From positions 95,768,298 to 95,832,297 of the forward strand of contig NC_068987.1 of assembly GCF_001194135.2 (NCBI RefSeq): DNA of 64,000 nt. Reading direction: 5' to 3'. Numbering within the stretch: position 1 is the first letter of the stretch; each line of letters opens with the position of its first letter. This stretch comes from Octopus bimaculoides (Eukaryota). Below the pieces are notes generated by a model. The model was not told the DNA's origin. It ran no database searches and worked only from the letters and a program-made list of their open reading frames with translations. The position numbers and the translations under genes were made by a program. This document shows, in pieces, positions 13,501 through 26,723 of this stretch.

Positions 13501-13770
13501 ATTTATTGTTCTCTGTTATTCACGTCAGATAGAAACGTAATTATTTATTGTTCAATGCAAAGCAAGGGTGAAAGTGCAAGTCTAAGTAAAGTTTAGTAAT
13601 TTGTAGAGTATTTATTTTAGAAAATTTTTTTTTTATCCTTTTATCATTGAGTGAGATTTTTAAATAAATAAATAAAAAATTCTATATTGTCGTTTCCTTT
13701 CTCCATCTGCAGACGTTCGTTTCGATATCTTTATATCTCATCTATATAGTTTATAGACAATCAAACATTC

Positions 13771-13990
13771 CTTTCCTTAATAGGAACAAGGCCTGAAATT
13801 TTTGTAGGAAGGCGCTAGTCAATTGCATCGACCCCTAGTCAATTGCTCGACTGGTATTCATTTTATCCACCCTGAAAGGAAGAAAGGCAAAATCGACCTC
13901 GGTGAAATTTGAACACTGAACGTAAAGACAAGCGAAATGCCACTAAGCATTTTGTCTGGTATGCTAACGATTCTATCACCTTACAGCCTT
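13771..13990 (-). mobile_element. SINE family B, inverted relative to 13315-13500
   Basis: Reverse-complement similarity (aaaggcaaaatcgacctcggtgaaatttgaac). Confidence 0.75.
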
Positions 13991-14289
13991 ATGGACAATT
14001 AAGTATTGTTAATGAATTTAAATCATATTTATATTATATATAAACAATAGGTACAAAGGAAAAACTGAAATGAGTCAGAGGAGCAAAATAGTGATTTTTT
14101 CAGTCACAAAAACTAGATGCTTTCAGTGGCATTTAAATGTCTCTCACTAGGGAAGTTTATTGAAACTGTTGAGATTTTTCTTGGTTAGGGTGAATCCACC
14201 ATCTATTCTGCAGTAGAATTTATCTACCAAATTGATAAGGAGAGAATCGCCGTGAATAAGAAAGCCTTTGTGTTGGGTTAAATTTCTAG

Positions 14290-14462
14290 AAAGGGTAACT
14301 AAATCTCCCTTGAATTAAATCGTACTCACCTTGTAAACGAATAAGAATATGGATAATGTAATCCACGACTGGAAAAAAAGATGAAACGGTCACAACTGAA
14401 ATTATTTTAATTATAGATCTGCTTGATCAGAGAAAATCTGGAGCTAAACAACAACAACCAAC
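14290..14462 (+). repeat. Interspersed repeat family E with (AAC)n tail
   Basis: taaatctccct...ggataatgta...gatctgcttgatcag...gctaaacaacaacaac. Related copies at about 19200-19400 (+), 21730-21960 (-) and 42900-43060 (+). Confidence 0.5.
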
Positions 14463-15099
14463 TAAATGAAGAAAAACTTTATACATTCTTAATATATGGC
14501 AAAATTGATTGAATTTCAGAGAAAATGTTTTACTGTATTTAATTACATTTCTTTATATCATATTCGGCTGTTTGAGACAGAAAATAGTAAAAAAAAGAAA
14601 ATTAAAAAAACAGCAATGGAGTTTGAAAACGTATTTACTGTTTGCCAAACAACCACGTCATCGATTTACACCACGGAGCAGCTGCCATTCTATCTTCTCA
14701 AATAAAATGTCATAATTTATTCTAGCTGTTTTAACGATTTTAGCTCACAGAGATAACTCTTCAGGCACTTCATGTCAGCATCAACAAAATTGGTACAAGC
14801 TGAACCATATTAATTTGATCATTTTGTACCACAGAGGTACCTGAAAGATTTTTCTGTATCAGTGAAGCTTAGGATTAAAAATGGCAAATTACCTTGCTTA
14901 TGATTGCTTGTTTTGTTTAAGTAGATTAGTAGGAAAAGCACCTACCGATACCTGTAAAGCATTACATAAAAATTGTGGACAAAAAACTATCATTTATTCA
15001 CCTTAACATCTAATTCCAAAATCTATTTAATTTTTCTATAGGCAATCTAAATGAAAGTTTATAAAGTATTATTGTTCAACCATTAGAGGTTGTTTCCTT

Positions 15100-16500
15100 C
15101 TGTAGATCCCAGCTCCCAGGAAGATTTTGGTATGAAGCTCCTTGTCCTGCCATGTGAGACCAAAGATACTTTGGAGCGATTTGATATGGAACGCTTCTAG
15201 TAGGCTGATCCGGCGCCAATAAAGGGTCCAGCACTCAGACCTGTACGGGAGTGGGGATATGCAGACAGCTTGATTTTTGTACTTGTTCTGAAAGACTCGA
15301 TCGCTGAGTCTCCCGAAAGTTGATCAGAGTGTCTACTCATCAAGAAGTCCAATGTTAGAAATGGTACTTCCCAGACAGCAGAATGAGTCTAGCTATGGTA
15401 GAGGAGCACCACATCAGTAAGGACGGGCTGAGGGGGAGGTGAGTACGAGAAGACTGCTTGGAGAAATACAGTTTTTCGATGATTCACTTGAAGACAGAGC
15501 CGAAAATATGCACTGTTCATTGAGTCATGTGTTAAAGAGAGGAGGAGGTATGAGATGGTACAGCTGAATCGTCAAGCTGAATCTTGTACTCCGTGGTTGA
15601 GAGGATTTTTTATGTGACTTTCAGGTGGCAAGTGCTAAAGCTGCTGCCGTCATAACGGTACCTGATATGAATTACGTTTTCGGTGAACTGTCTTCTGGAG
15701 AGAAGGGTTACAGCCACAAGATAAATGTTAAACAGTACAGGGCAAGGATGCATCCTTGTTTTACCCCCCACCTGGACATCAAAGGGTTCCGAGGCTTCAC
15801 CACCGAGTGTCACTCACGCTTGCATATCATCATAAAACTTCTGGATGATTGAGAAAAATGTTGACGAGCAGCCAAAACATATGACAGTTGACTGTGCCAA
15901 ACACATTTGTTAGACCGATGAAGACGTAACATATGTCTCTGCTGTTCACGATACTTTTCAAGGTGACGGATCACAAGTATCATGAAAGAAGTGTTTCTTT
16001 CTGATCGAAATCAACACGGATGCTCAAGCATAACCAGGTTGACAACATGAAGTAGAAGACGTAAAAGGAGAATACGTGAGTGGATCTTGCCGGTCTTATC
16101 CAGAAGAGAGAGATTACCCTGCTCTTGCATTCTGCAAAGTCTCCCTTGTGCTTGTAGATTGTAACAATATTGAAGTGTTTCCACCTGTCGGGTATAGTTT
16201 TCCCCTGCCAAGAGAGAAGAAACAAAGAATAAAGATGCGGTGTGAAGTGAAGCCCACCATACTTGTAAATTTCAACAGGGTCTTCTTGTTTTAGGGGACC
16301 GTAGATGGCCCGTTGGACCTCATTGCGTGTTGGGAGGTTGTCAAGCTCTGTCAGAATAGGAAGATCTGGAATCTTTTCAAGTGCTGTGGGATCTGAGTAG
16401 TTGACCCCGATTCAGAAGTTCTTGAAAATGTTCGGCCTACCTGTGAAGTATCGCAGTTTTCTCTTACAATAAGATGCCAATGTGGCCGAACTAGAACGCC
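15100..16500 (-). mobile_element. Older degenerate RTE/BovB-like LINE fragment
   Basis: Minus frames IPDRWKHFNIVTIYKHKGDFAECKSRVISL and SEPFDVQVGGKTRMHPCPVLFNIYL...IRYRYDG. Many disablements; ends approximate. Confidence 0.75.
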
Positions 16501-19500
16501 TGCAGAGCATTCTTCATACTAAATACTCATATGGTAGTGCCTCACATTTGTTGAAAATATTCGATTAACAGAAATTATCCATGCGATTAGTAGACAACCT
16601 TTCTCTGGGATACTTTAAAATCTGAAAAACAAACAAGGGACATAACTTCAGTAATATTGGCTAAGGCAATTTTTTTTTTGAAAATATCAAACTCTACCTG
16701 TTATAATGGATCCTGTGAAAGCAATGTTTTGATCTCATTAAAATTTCTCAGTGAAACATATTCAAGTCAGTTGACAAAATTTACAAATAAATATACAAAA
16801 ATAAAAGGAATGTAGTAGAGCTGACTTGGGATATCAATAATGTGGTTGAAGGAAAATACCGCAGAAAGTGTTCTCCATGCAAAATACAAATACGGCAGCA
16901 TCTCAACAATTTAATAGATTAAGTAAAAAAAAAAAACATTCGATGAATTATAGACCAGACTCCTTCTATCCATATTTGTATAGTTTTATGCAAAACTCTC
17001 CACTCTGATATTTTTCTTCAATCACCTTAGCTGTCGGTTTGCTCGCGAAACGAAAATCAATCCTAGCAATTTCTCCATTTCGGTGTTTTAGAGTTATCCA
17101 ACCTAGACACCGTCATAGCAGAAGTCAATGTGGCGGCGGCTCACTACGATTGTTGGAATTATTTCCAAAGGGCTCGCCAGAAACGAATGTTTCTAAAATT
17201 CTGTGAAAAATGTTTCCACTCAACAATCAACCATTTCGCATGGAGAAAATCTTATACAATCAACTACTAACAAGTAAAAGAATAATTCGGAAACTGTCCT
17301 TCACGAACAAACTGTGCTTGGGTCTCTTACATGGGTCATGCGTTGACCAAACTTTATGACACATTAGTCTCGAACACTGGCAGTTTGCTAATCTAAATAA
17401 TTTAAATTGTCTTTCAAATTGATTTCAGTTTTGAGAATTATCGTCTATCTTCTGTTAAATTAAATCGCTACATCTTCCCTTAAGTGCCAACAATGAATAT
17501 TTCTAAAGCTCTTCTCTGCCGTTTGGGGAACACGCAACTTCCAAGGAAGTCCAGCTTCCTTACTGTTCTGGCAACATATCACCGACCTTTAGATGCAATT
17601 CATAATTCCTGCAGGCACACTGTGAGTAAAATAATGAATTTCGATTTTTATTTTTATTTTTATTTTCTGTCAAAGCACACATACTTCAAGCAGTGTAATT
17701 TCATAATATAAATGGCATTTTAGTTCAACTTATGACACGTTACGAACGAAAAAGTAATATTTTCAAGCTTTTTGGATGTATTTTTCTCTATATGCATATT
17801 TGTAGATGAATCAGACAACAATTGGTGGAACTCGAAATACATTGATAATATTTATTAAGACAAAGGCGAAGTAAAATAAAAATTGATCAGTTTAATGTTT
17901 ACCTATCATTAAACTTGTGTTCTAAACAAATTGCTTTTATAAATAAATGTTTGTCACTAATGATTAGTATTAAGAATGTGTTAATAAGTTTTATTTGCAT
18001 TCGAAGAGGTTATTTTGTTCGTTGGTATCGTATGTTAACTCTTTGAATACAACAATGTCCTTCATGGCTAATGAGATTTTCACATTCCAGTTTTTGCCTT
18101 CACCTATCTTGTTTTTCTCTAAAGGTATCTTCTGATAAAATAATTTCATACCCCACAAAATCTTCAAATATCGACAATTTAGACCCACAATATTCATTTT
18201 AAAACATTTTGTTTGTCCCTATTTCATGTTTTCAATTTTTTAATGACTATTTCAAACCTGCTGTTGAGATTTTTAAGTTCACTCATCTCCAAGGACATTC
18301 TATAAAATACTTTAGTTTCACTATAAGGTCAAATCAGTTTCATTAAATTCTTTATTCGTCAAAATTGTGACACCTGCGCAGTTTGTTGTATCAGATATTC
18401 AATTATTAGAACTTCTTTCCTACTAATTCATCCTATGTATCCTAATTTATCCTGCCTTAATAGCTGATATTATAATTGTGTGTGTGTGTGTTTGTGTGGA
18501 AAGAAAAAACATTGTATCCAAGCAGAGGTCATTGACGACTAAACTGAATTAAATCATAACTTCTGGTTTCTTTCAATATCTTCCTGAGCAAAACCATTTA
18601 CACTGCTTCACCGAACTGTTCAGAATTGATATCAGATCATCTAGTTTTTTCTAAGACGAGCGACCATCAGTATCTAGAAGGGCAACGTGTTATGGTTAGT
18701 GTACAACAGGTCATGTCCCTATTAAATTCATCATACACCACCAAACTTTCTTGATAACAATGGATTCATTAAATACGTTCAGTACCTAAAATGTATCTAT
18801 ATGATACGTTCAGTGCTTAATATGTACCTATATGATATATATATTAACAACTAGCATACACCTATTGGTGTATCGATATGGTCAAAACAAGAGGCCACGA
18901 ATATCGAACAGCATCAAGGACGTATCAATGCATAATATACAGGAGAATGGTATATAAAAGCTCAGTATCGTTTGGCTCATATAAATAATGGGTGTATAAA
19001 CGGTGAAGTAGGAACCTTGTTAGTTTTGCAACTAACAGAGGCAGTAATTGAAGACATTGGATTCCTGAAATAACTCACAGAAAACAGTTACATTCTTGCC
19101 ATCGTAATATAGCTAAATCTAGAGACAGAATATAGTGACAAGTTTTTATGGGTGTGGTTGTGGTGGTGGTGGAGGACATGGCACGTCTCTTAACAAAGAA
19201 CTTATACAGGGTTGCTCGACATGCTAGAAATAGCAGCTAAATCTTATTCAAGTCACACTTTGCCATTTTAAATAAGCCTAGGACAAATTTCATTTTTTTC
19301 GTCCAAGATATACTCCTAAATTGGTGGGATGATTACGGTTGGAACATTTTTAATCATAGATTTTCGCAATCAGAGCTGATTTGAAGCTTTGAAGAATCAC
19401 AGTCTTGTTTTGTTGATTTGTTTTGTTTTTGTAAAAAGGTAGATTATTAGCAATATACTTAAGAAAGGTAATGCCGTATAATATTGAAGCATAAGTAGTG

Positions 19501-19789
19501 ACTACTGTCGCTAATGCTTAGTTCCCTAAGTGATCCATCGTCAAAGGTATTCCAGCCATAACAGAGTCTCTATAGAAGTATCTGGGACTACATTATCTAA
19601 GGTGTCTTACCTTATTTAACACAGTAGGGTGTGTTTTGAGAAAAATTTGCCTGAAAGATAGAGGCTTCCTTCATCATCATTATCGTCATCACCATCGTTT
19701 AACGTTCGTTTTCCAAGCTGGCATGGGTTTGACTGAGGTCTAGAAAGCCAGTGGCTGCACCAGGCTCCAGTCTGATCTGGCAATGTGCC

Positions 19790-19985
19790 TGAATGGGGGA
19801 GGTACAAGACCAGCCAACTCCAAGGATCATAGGCCATTATAGTAGTGATAGAAAAGGCAGTGAGAGGAGAGAGAACCCCTGTGGACCAGAGGGTGGAGCA
19901 TGTTTGTAAGTGATTTGATGCCAATCAGCTGCTGAGTGGCTTTTTCTCTGGATCCGGTCCAGGATGTTTGTGTTTGTAGGAGCTT
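19790..19985 (-). mobile_element. CR1/L2-type LINE C-terminal fragment
   Basis: Frameshifted NILDRIQRK...LIGIKSLTNMLHPLVHRGSLSSHCLFYHYYNG motif, typical of the post-RT region of CR1/Jockey-group LINEs. Confidence 0.55.
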
Positions 19986-20306
19986 GTGATAGTGGCTCAA
20001 AAATGTACCCATTACATACTGTAAAGTGGTTGGCATTAGGAAGGACATCCACTGAAACATGATCTGGTCTTTGGACCCATCAAACCCTGTTAAACTATCC
20101 AATCCATGCTGGCATTGAACATAGATTTTAAATGATGACCATATTTGTCACAAGTTATTTTACTTATGTGTTTAGTTAACATTTGAAAATAATCAAGAAT
20201 TTCATGGAATTTAGTAAAATGACTATATTATTAAGCTGGCACATAAAATGTTTTTACATAAAATTATGATGGAAGATTCTTGATGTGGATACATGTGTTG
20301 AAAGAA

Positions 20307-20534
20307 ATACAATTAAACCTTGGGAGAGGCATTATGCCAGTAATAAACACATGCACTGGTTCAGTCCTTTATTAATTTATAAACAGTATTTAGTTTTTTT
20401 TTTAAATCATTTCATTGCCCTCTTGCAATCTCTTCAGTAACTTGTCTCTCCACTTCCATTATAAATTAATAAAGGACTGAACCAGTGCGTGTATTTATTA
20501 CTGGCATAATGCCTCTCCCAAGGTTTAATTGTAT
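20307..20534. repeat. 76-bp inverted repeat (fold-back) in a COX10 intron
   Basis: 20307-20382 is the reverse complement of 20459-20534 with 2 differences; 76-nt spacer. Confidence 0.95.
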
Positions 20535-20666
20535 GATGGAAGTTTTACATCAGTAAAACTGTAAGATCTGCTTTTATTAAACTTTACAATTCCTAATCTA
20601 TTTGTAATGATAGAATTGTTTTATTAAATCTAATTATTTTCATAAAATTTATTTCTCTCTTTACAG

Positions 20667-21117
20667 TATGGAACACAGTCTGCAGCAAAAATTTCTGACA
20701 ATGATGATGATCTCTTAGTTCCTGTTCCTTTAAAAGAACCACTATTTTTCCAAGCTCCTCACATAACACAGACTAAAAACTTACATGCCAAACTGGCTGC
20801 TGGTGATAATTTAACAGCATATTGTAAAGACGATAATACTGATTTCCAGTATGATAACACAGTGTCAATCTTCGTACCCCACTTAAACAGACTCATTGAT
20901 GTTAAATTGACCCCCAACAGCAAATATTTCCATTTATTCCTTCCAGCCACAAAAGAGGTGGTTCGCATTGAGCTACCACCCGAAACTGATAATGATGAAT
21001 TTCAAATGCCAACAGAAAAAATTGAATCTATACAAGATCGAATGTGGATGGAGCAAAAAATCAATTTATGGAAAGTACCAAATCATTATATGCAACTTGC
21101 CAAAATTAGATTAACAG
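20667..21117 (+). CDS. COX10: COX10 (protoheme IX farnesyltransferase), first identifiable coding exon
   Basis: ctctctttacag|tat ... aca g|gtaact. Open frame YGTQSAAK...NHYMQLAKIRLT. The end matches human LSKIKLT, and the start (Y.TQ, phase 0) matches the start of human exon 3 as I recall it. Confidence 0.88.
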
Positions 21118-21381
21118 GTAACTGCCTTCCTATAGACTCATATTCATGTGCTTTTTGTTTTGTCCTGTTGTGTTTTACATAATTTTTTTTTTTTTTAATT
21201 CAACTCGTATAGAGTAGATTGTGCTAACTTGAATGTTAACCACACAACTGCATCTTAGTCTAATATAATTTTAGTATTTATAACTTTTTAAGAAGACCAC
21301 AAGACCGAAATGGAAGACAAATTTAACAGACTCGCATCAAAACATCATCATAGATTTACTGGTAGACTTTTTGTCTTTCAG

Positions 21382-21506
21382 GTTTGGTAGTAATTTCCTC
21401 AATGGCTGGATATGCTCTTGCGCCTGCTCCTTTTCATTTAAGTACCTTCCTTCTGTGTACCCTTGGAACTGGCCTCATGTCTGCATCAGCTAATTCTATA
21501 AATCAG
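21382..21506 (+). CDS. COX10: COX10 exon (first TM helices)
   Basis: gtctttcag|gt ... cag|gtcagt. [42 protein letters not shown]. Confidence 0.95.
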
Positions 21507-22955
21507 GTCAGTGAAATTTTATTTTTATTTCATTTATTTGTCTTCTGATATTGGTTTCACTGCTTGCATTCATTTCCAGATGAACTTTTCTTTATCTAAG
21601 TAAACTGAATGAATGGAGAATAAAATGTTCTTCTAAGAAACACAGTAAAATACCAACAGTGATTTTGAGCTAGTGATCTATGTGCAAATAATCTAGCAGT
21701 CTATCAATTTACTTGTCTCATCTCTAGTCTACTTGGTTGTTGTTGGTGTTGTGTTCTATGTCAGCTCTTTTTCAGCAGATCTTTGATTAATGTCTTTCTA
21801 AGCCATGATTGTCCTATCTTTAATTTTCAGATATATGATTTATGTGGCCCTGTCTGCATTATCCAATGTGTCCCTTTTTGTTTGTAAGGCTGTACAGTAT
21901 GATGTGATTTGAGGGAGGAGAATTAGTTGCTATTTCTAGCAGATCAAGTAACAACCATATAGAAGCTTCATCATTGACTCATACTATCATTGGTTGGATG
22001 GAATTCTTATTGTGCAGCATTTAGAGTAGATTTTTCATCTCTGTTTACAAACTATTCTATTTTAATAAACCATCTTCAGTCATGCAATGACTGACGATGG
22101 TTTATTATTGCTCTTTCTTCTCTGCTAAATGTAATTGAGGTCATCTTTATCCCATGCTATACTGTATCTGAGGACTGCCTTTTATTTCCTGCTTCTTTTT
22201 CTTACTATTTTCCCTCCTTCCTAGTCATATTTGAATACTTAGAGTTACTTTTTGTCAGGCTTAAAGGATTGGCCCTTTATACCTTTCTTTTTTAATTTTA
22301 GTTTCCTTGCTTTTACTGACCTTCTCACACCACCTCTCATTCTCTCTTTCAGCTTTTTTGTATCACTTCTTCACTTGAATTCCTCCACTTACCTAAAATC
22401 AAAGCAACAACACCTTTTCATTATTCTTAGACAAAGGGCTAAGGGACAACAGTTCCAATGTGACATTCTTTGTTCATCACAGTAATTTTACTTGAACCTT
22501 TATAAACTTCTTTGGACAAATTTTTGCCATTACCAGTTTCCTTGGATTCTTGATTTTATCCAATTTTGGTTATGATCTAACTACTTATATATCTCTTCAC
22601 CTGCATCTATTTCAGTTACCCTTTACTATCAACGATTAAAGTGTCTTTATTTATCATCAATCACACACCTTACATCTATCAACTATTATTCTCTTACCAA
22701 CCATGCATATCACACATACTTGCTATAACAGTGGTCTCATTCTGTTCTCATCTTATACACCAGACAATACCATTGATACACATCACATGTCCTTACCATC
22801 ACAATAGCCTCTATGATGTATAGTCACTACATATTTGTGCATATGCATTGTATACATGCATAGCAACTGCATCCAATAACATTTATAAACATTACATGCC
22901 TAGACCATCTCAGTGATTTATGACATGCAACTACTACTATCTAACATATCCAAGC

Positions 22956-23220
22956 CATAACTGTGATCTCTCTAACTCACACTAGCAGCACCTCTGATGC
23001 GATCCAAATACATGTCCTATCATAACTGTGATCTCTCTAACTCACACTAGCAGCACCTNNNNNNNNNNGCACCTCTGATGCGATCCAAATACATGTCCTA
23101 TCATAACTGTGATCTCTCTAACTCACACTAGCAGCACCTCTGATGCGATCCAAATACATGTCCTATCATAATGGTTATCTCTGACTTACACTACCACTAA
23201 TCCTGATACGAGCCATATAC
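22956..23220 (+). repeat. 65-bp minisatellite in a COX10 intron
   Basis: Unit cataactgtgatctctctaactcacactagcagcacctctgatgcgatccaaatacatgtcctat starts at 22956, 23021 and 23102, with a degenerate copy at 23167. A 10-N gap lies inside. Confidence 0.9.
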
Positions 23221-23282
23221 ATTGCCTTGTTTTTTTTCTTTTTTCTTTCCTGTTAATATTTAAATTCATTTTTATATTTCAG

Positions 23283-23353
23283 TTCTTTGAAGTGCCATTT
23301 GATGCACAGATGAACAGAACCAGAAACCGTGTATTAGTACGAAGTTACCTCAG
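23283..23353 (+). CDS. COX10: COX10 exon (UbiA first Asp-rich motif region)
   Basis: atatttcag|ttc ... ctc ag|gtaagg. FFEVPFDAQMNRTRNRVLVRSYL(S). Confidence 0.95.
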
Positions 23354-24579
23354 GTAAGGCAAAGTGTCAGACTTTAAAAAAACGGGAATGATGACAACTT
23401 CAAAAATACAGAAATGAGTATAACAGCATGTGTTGTTTTAAGTCCAGGTTCACAACATTTAAGCAGACTTGTGATCAAAAGGGTTCCAGCTGTGATCAGC
23501 CTCTCTTTTTCTTCAGACATAGTATATTTAGAACATCATTAAATATGATTGGGTGGGAGGCGACTGCTATTTCTTGCAAGGCAAGTGATCATGTAGCTGT
23601 TCCCTTGTTGGCATGTTTCTGTTTTAAATCAACAACATGGTTCTACTTGATTGGAAATCATTAAACTTAGGATATTAATTTCTAACAGTTGCATGAAGCC
23701 ATACATTTTGAAGGAAAATACTGTTAATTAAATTGACCTCAGTAATTACATGACTGGTACTTTATACCACTGATCCTTGCAGGATTTGAACTCAGAACAT
23801 AAAGGGCTGTAATTAAGTGCCACAGAGCACTCTTCTAATGATTCTGCCAATACACATCCTGTGTGGATATAGCTAAAAGGAAAGCTAACCAAATCCTAAT
23901 CTCAGTTTTGACAATATTTAGGTATATGAGGTTTCACATGAAAAGGTCACCAGATAAAGGTGAATTGTAATAAGGTGTCAGGAGGGGTCCTGTTAGAATT
24001 GGCTCTTGTCATTCATGAGAATTGTGAGGTTTTATTACCGGCATACATAACATTGCATCATCATCATCATCATCACTGTTTTAATGTCCACTTTTCCATG
24101 TTTGATTTGGTTGAACAGAATATGTTTGAGATAGATTTTCTACGACTGGATGCATTTCCTGTTGGCAACCTTCACTTGTTTCCCCATGATCAGTTATGTC
24201 TCTGGAGACTGGGAATGAAAGACACTGCTTACATGATGGTGACACTTGCTTGCAATGTCAAATCAAGGAGATAGTTATATGCGCGCACAGACACACACAT
24301 ATACGATATATGATGGACTTCATCTAGTTTTCATCTACCAGATCTACTCACAAGGCTCTGGTTAGCCCAGGCTGTAGTAGAAGACATTTGCCCAAGGTAC
24401 CACAGTCTGAACCCAAAACCAAGTAAATTTCTTATCATACAGCCATGCCTATGCCTATTAGAGAAATAGTGTGGGATTATAATTTATCAAATTGATAAAA
24501 CACTGGGGATTTTTATATTGTAATTCTCTTTTTCTAATCTGACTGTCAGTTTATTTTATATTTTTATTTTATTTTACAG

Positions 24580-24812
24580 TCCACTCCATGCAGTCCTATT
24601 TGCAACAGCCACTGGTTTAACAGGAATGGTAATTCTTAGTTCAGGAGTTAATTCTTTGACAGCTTACCTCGGCTTAATGAACCTTGGCTTGTACACATTA
24701 GTCTATACACCAATGAAACGGACAAGCATTGCAAATACTTGGGTTGGTTCTCTTGTTGGAGCCATACCACCTATGATGGGTTGGGCAGCCTGTACAGGTG
24801 ACCTGTCCACGG
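24580..24812 (+). CDS. COX10: COX10 exon
   Basis: attttacag|t ... acg g|gtaaat. [77 protein letters not shown]. Confidence 0.95.
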
Positions 24813-26268
24813 GTAAATTTTGACACAATTTTTTAAAATTCATATATTACTTTCATTTTTATATATATCATTATGTCCACACCTTTCTTTCTTTTCTCAT
24901 TTCCCTATCTGCCCTTTTCTCTTTCTTTTCTTTATAACTCTCTTCTCTCGTTCTTCTATTGCTCTACTCTGTTCTCTTATCAGCTCACTATTATTCTATA
25001 AGCTAAATGACAGAAGAAATAGGAGAGAGAAATGTGTAACTTACATAAATAAACCTGTTACTTTAAACCTGTTTATGTAACTGATCTATTTACTTATTGA
25101 ACTCGGTTCCATACTACATTTTTCCCTATCACAATACCAAACTCAATTCGTCCTTTACTGTGTTCAACTCTGTTCCAGGTTATATCTTGTATTGCTTAAT
25201 TAGAGGATGTTGGGTACTCTCTAGTTTTCTGAAAGAGGATAGAAAGGCTTGAAAGAGTCTAACTGTTATTTAATCATTGATCAGCCTTGATTGTGCAGAC
25301 CTATGTTCAAGCCCTGACCATCCTGCCATTCTCTGTATCTATAACTAGACTGTCTAATATATCCTTCCTATAAGACAGTAGGGTAGGTTTTGAGGGATTT
25401 GGGTTATATTTATAGCATAGAAGGGAGTTTCAAAGGATGTACTTCTTGGAAAGAAAGAGTTGATCAAAGTAAATATTTAATGTACAATCTAGTAAATGAG
25501 ACTATGTGGAGGAGATTGGTACTAATAGATGGGAATGATGATGAAACTCTGGTATCATTTCATGACATTTTTTGATGCTGCTACATTAACATATATCTTT
25601 AAGTCTGTCTTACCCATGCTTTGAAGAGTAGAGCACAAGTGAGCTGAGAGAGCAACTGGGTATTAAAATCTCTTCAGCAGATTTTACTGTGCTGGTATGT
25701 GGAATATACACATAGCACATGGTGAAATAAGACATAACAAATAATGGTGAGGTTTGGTTTCAGGATGTTTGTTGGAGCTTGCAGATTGAATGACACAAGA
25801 TGTAGGAGAGTGACAGCATGCTGTACTGTGAACTCATCCAACATGTACCAGCTTGGAAACTGATGTTAAAACGACAGTGATAGTGATGATGACTTCTCCA
25901 AAAGTTGTTTGCATTTGGCCTTATGAATGTTTCCTTGTTAATGCAAAAAAGAGAAAATGAATTTAAAGGTTTCGATCATTTATTTACTGAAGCAAGGATA
26001 TTTGCAAGTGCTTTTCTCTTGATTCATATGACTTACAGCCAATTAATGAAACATTTATTAATTATATAATACTCTTGCACCTAATTAGTCTCATGGTACT
26101 TATTTAATTAGTATGCAAGTGTAAAATGTAAATCAATGACTCCCTAGCTTACTATTATCTGGGCTAGATGTCAGCTGCATAAAATTCAAATGACACAGTA
26201 AATTATTGTTCTTTTTCACTCAAATATTCCTTTAGAATTTAACCTCATTTTTACTTGTATTTTCCTAG

Positions 26269-26723
26269 GTGCCTGGTTGCTCGGTGCAGTCATGTATGCT
26301 TGGCAGTTTCCTCACTTCAACTCTCTCAGTTGGAACCTTCGTGCAGACTATTCACGCGGAGGCTATTGCATGGCATCTGTAATGAACCCTAGCCTTTGCC
26401 GACGAGTTGCCTTTCGCTACTGTGCAGCAACAACAGTCCTCAGCATCTTGGCGCCATTTGCAGAACTAACCACTTGGATGTTCGTCATTGATTCTCTACC
26501 CTTGAACTTTTATCTCACCTATCTAGGCTGGAGATTCTACAAAGAGGGTGATAGCAAATCTTCTCGGAATCTCTTCCACTTCACTTTGCTACACTTACCC
26601 GTCTTGTTTACATTGATGTTGTTAAGCAAGAAACCAAGTCGGCCAAAAGCTGATGAACTCACTCTCAGTTCCATCATCTCAGATGTTACTGATGTATGCA
26701 ACTCAGATGCTTTGTATCTATAA
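26269..26723 (+). CDS. COX10: COX10 terminal coding exon
   Basis: tattttcctag|gt. [35 protein letters not shown]... contains the COX10/CyoE WQFPHF and DY..GG motifs. TAA at 26721-26723. Confidence 0.96.

Noticed and set aside
22956-23220. Regular repeat that could suggest a CRISPR-like array
   Set aside because: The units are contiguous with no unique spacers and the context is eukaryotic; it is a minisatellite.
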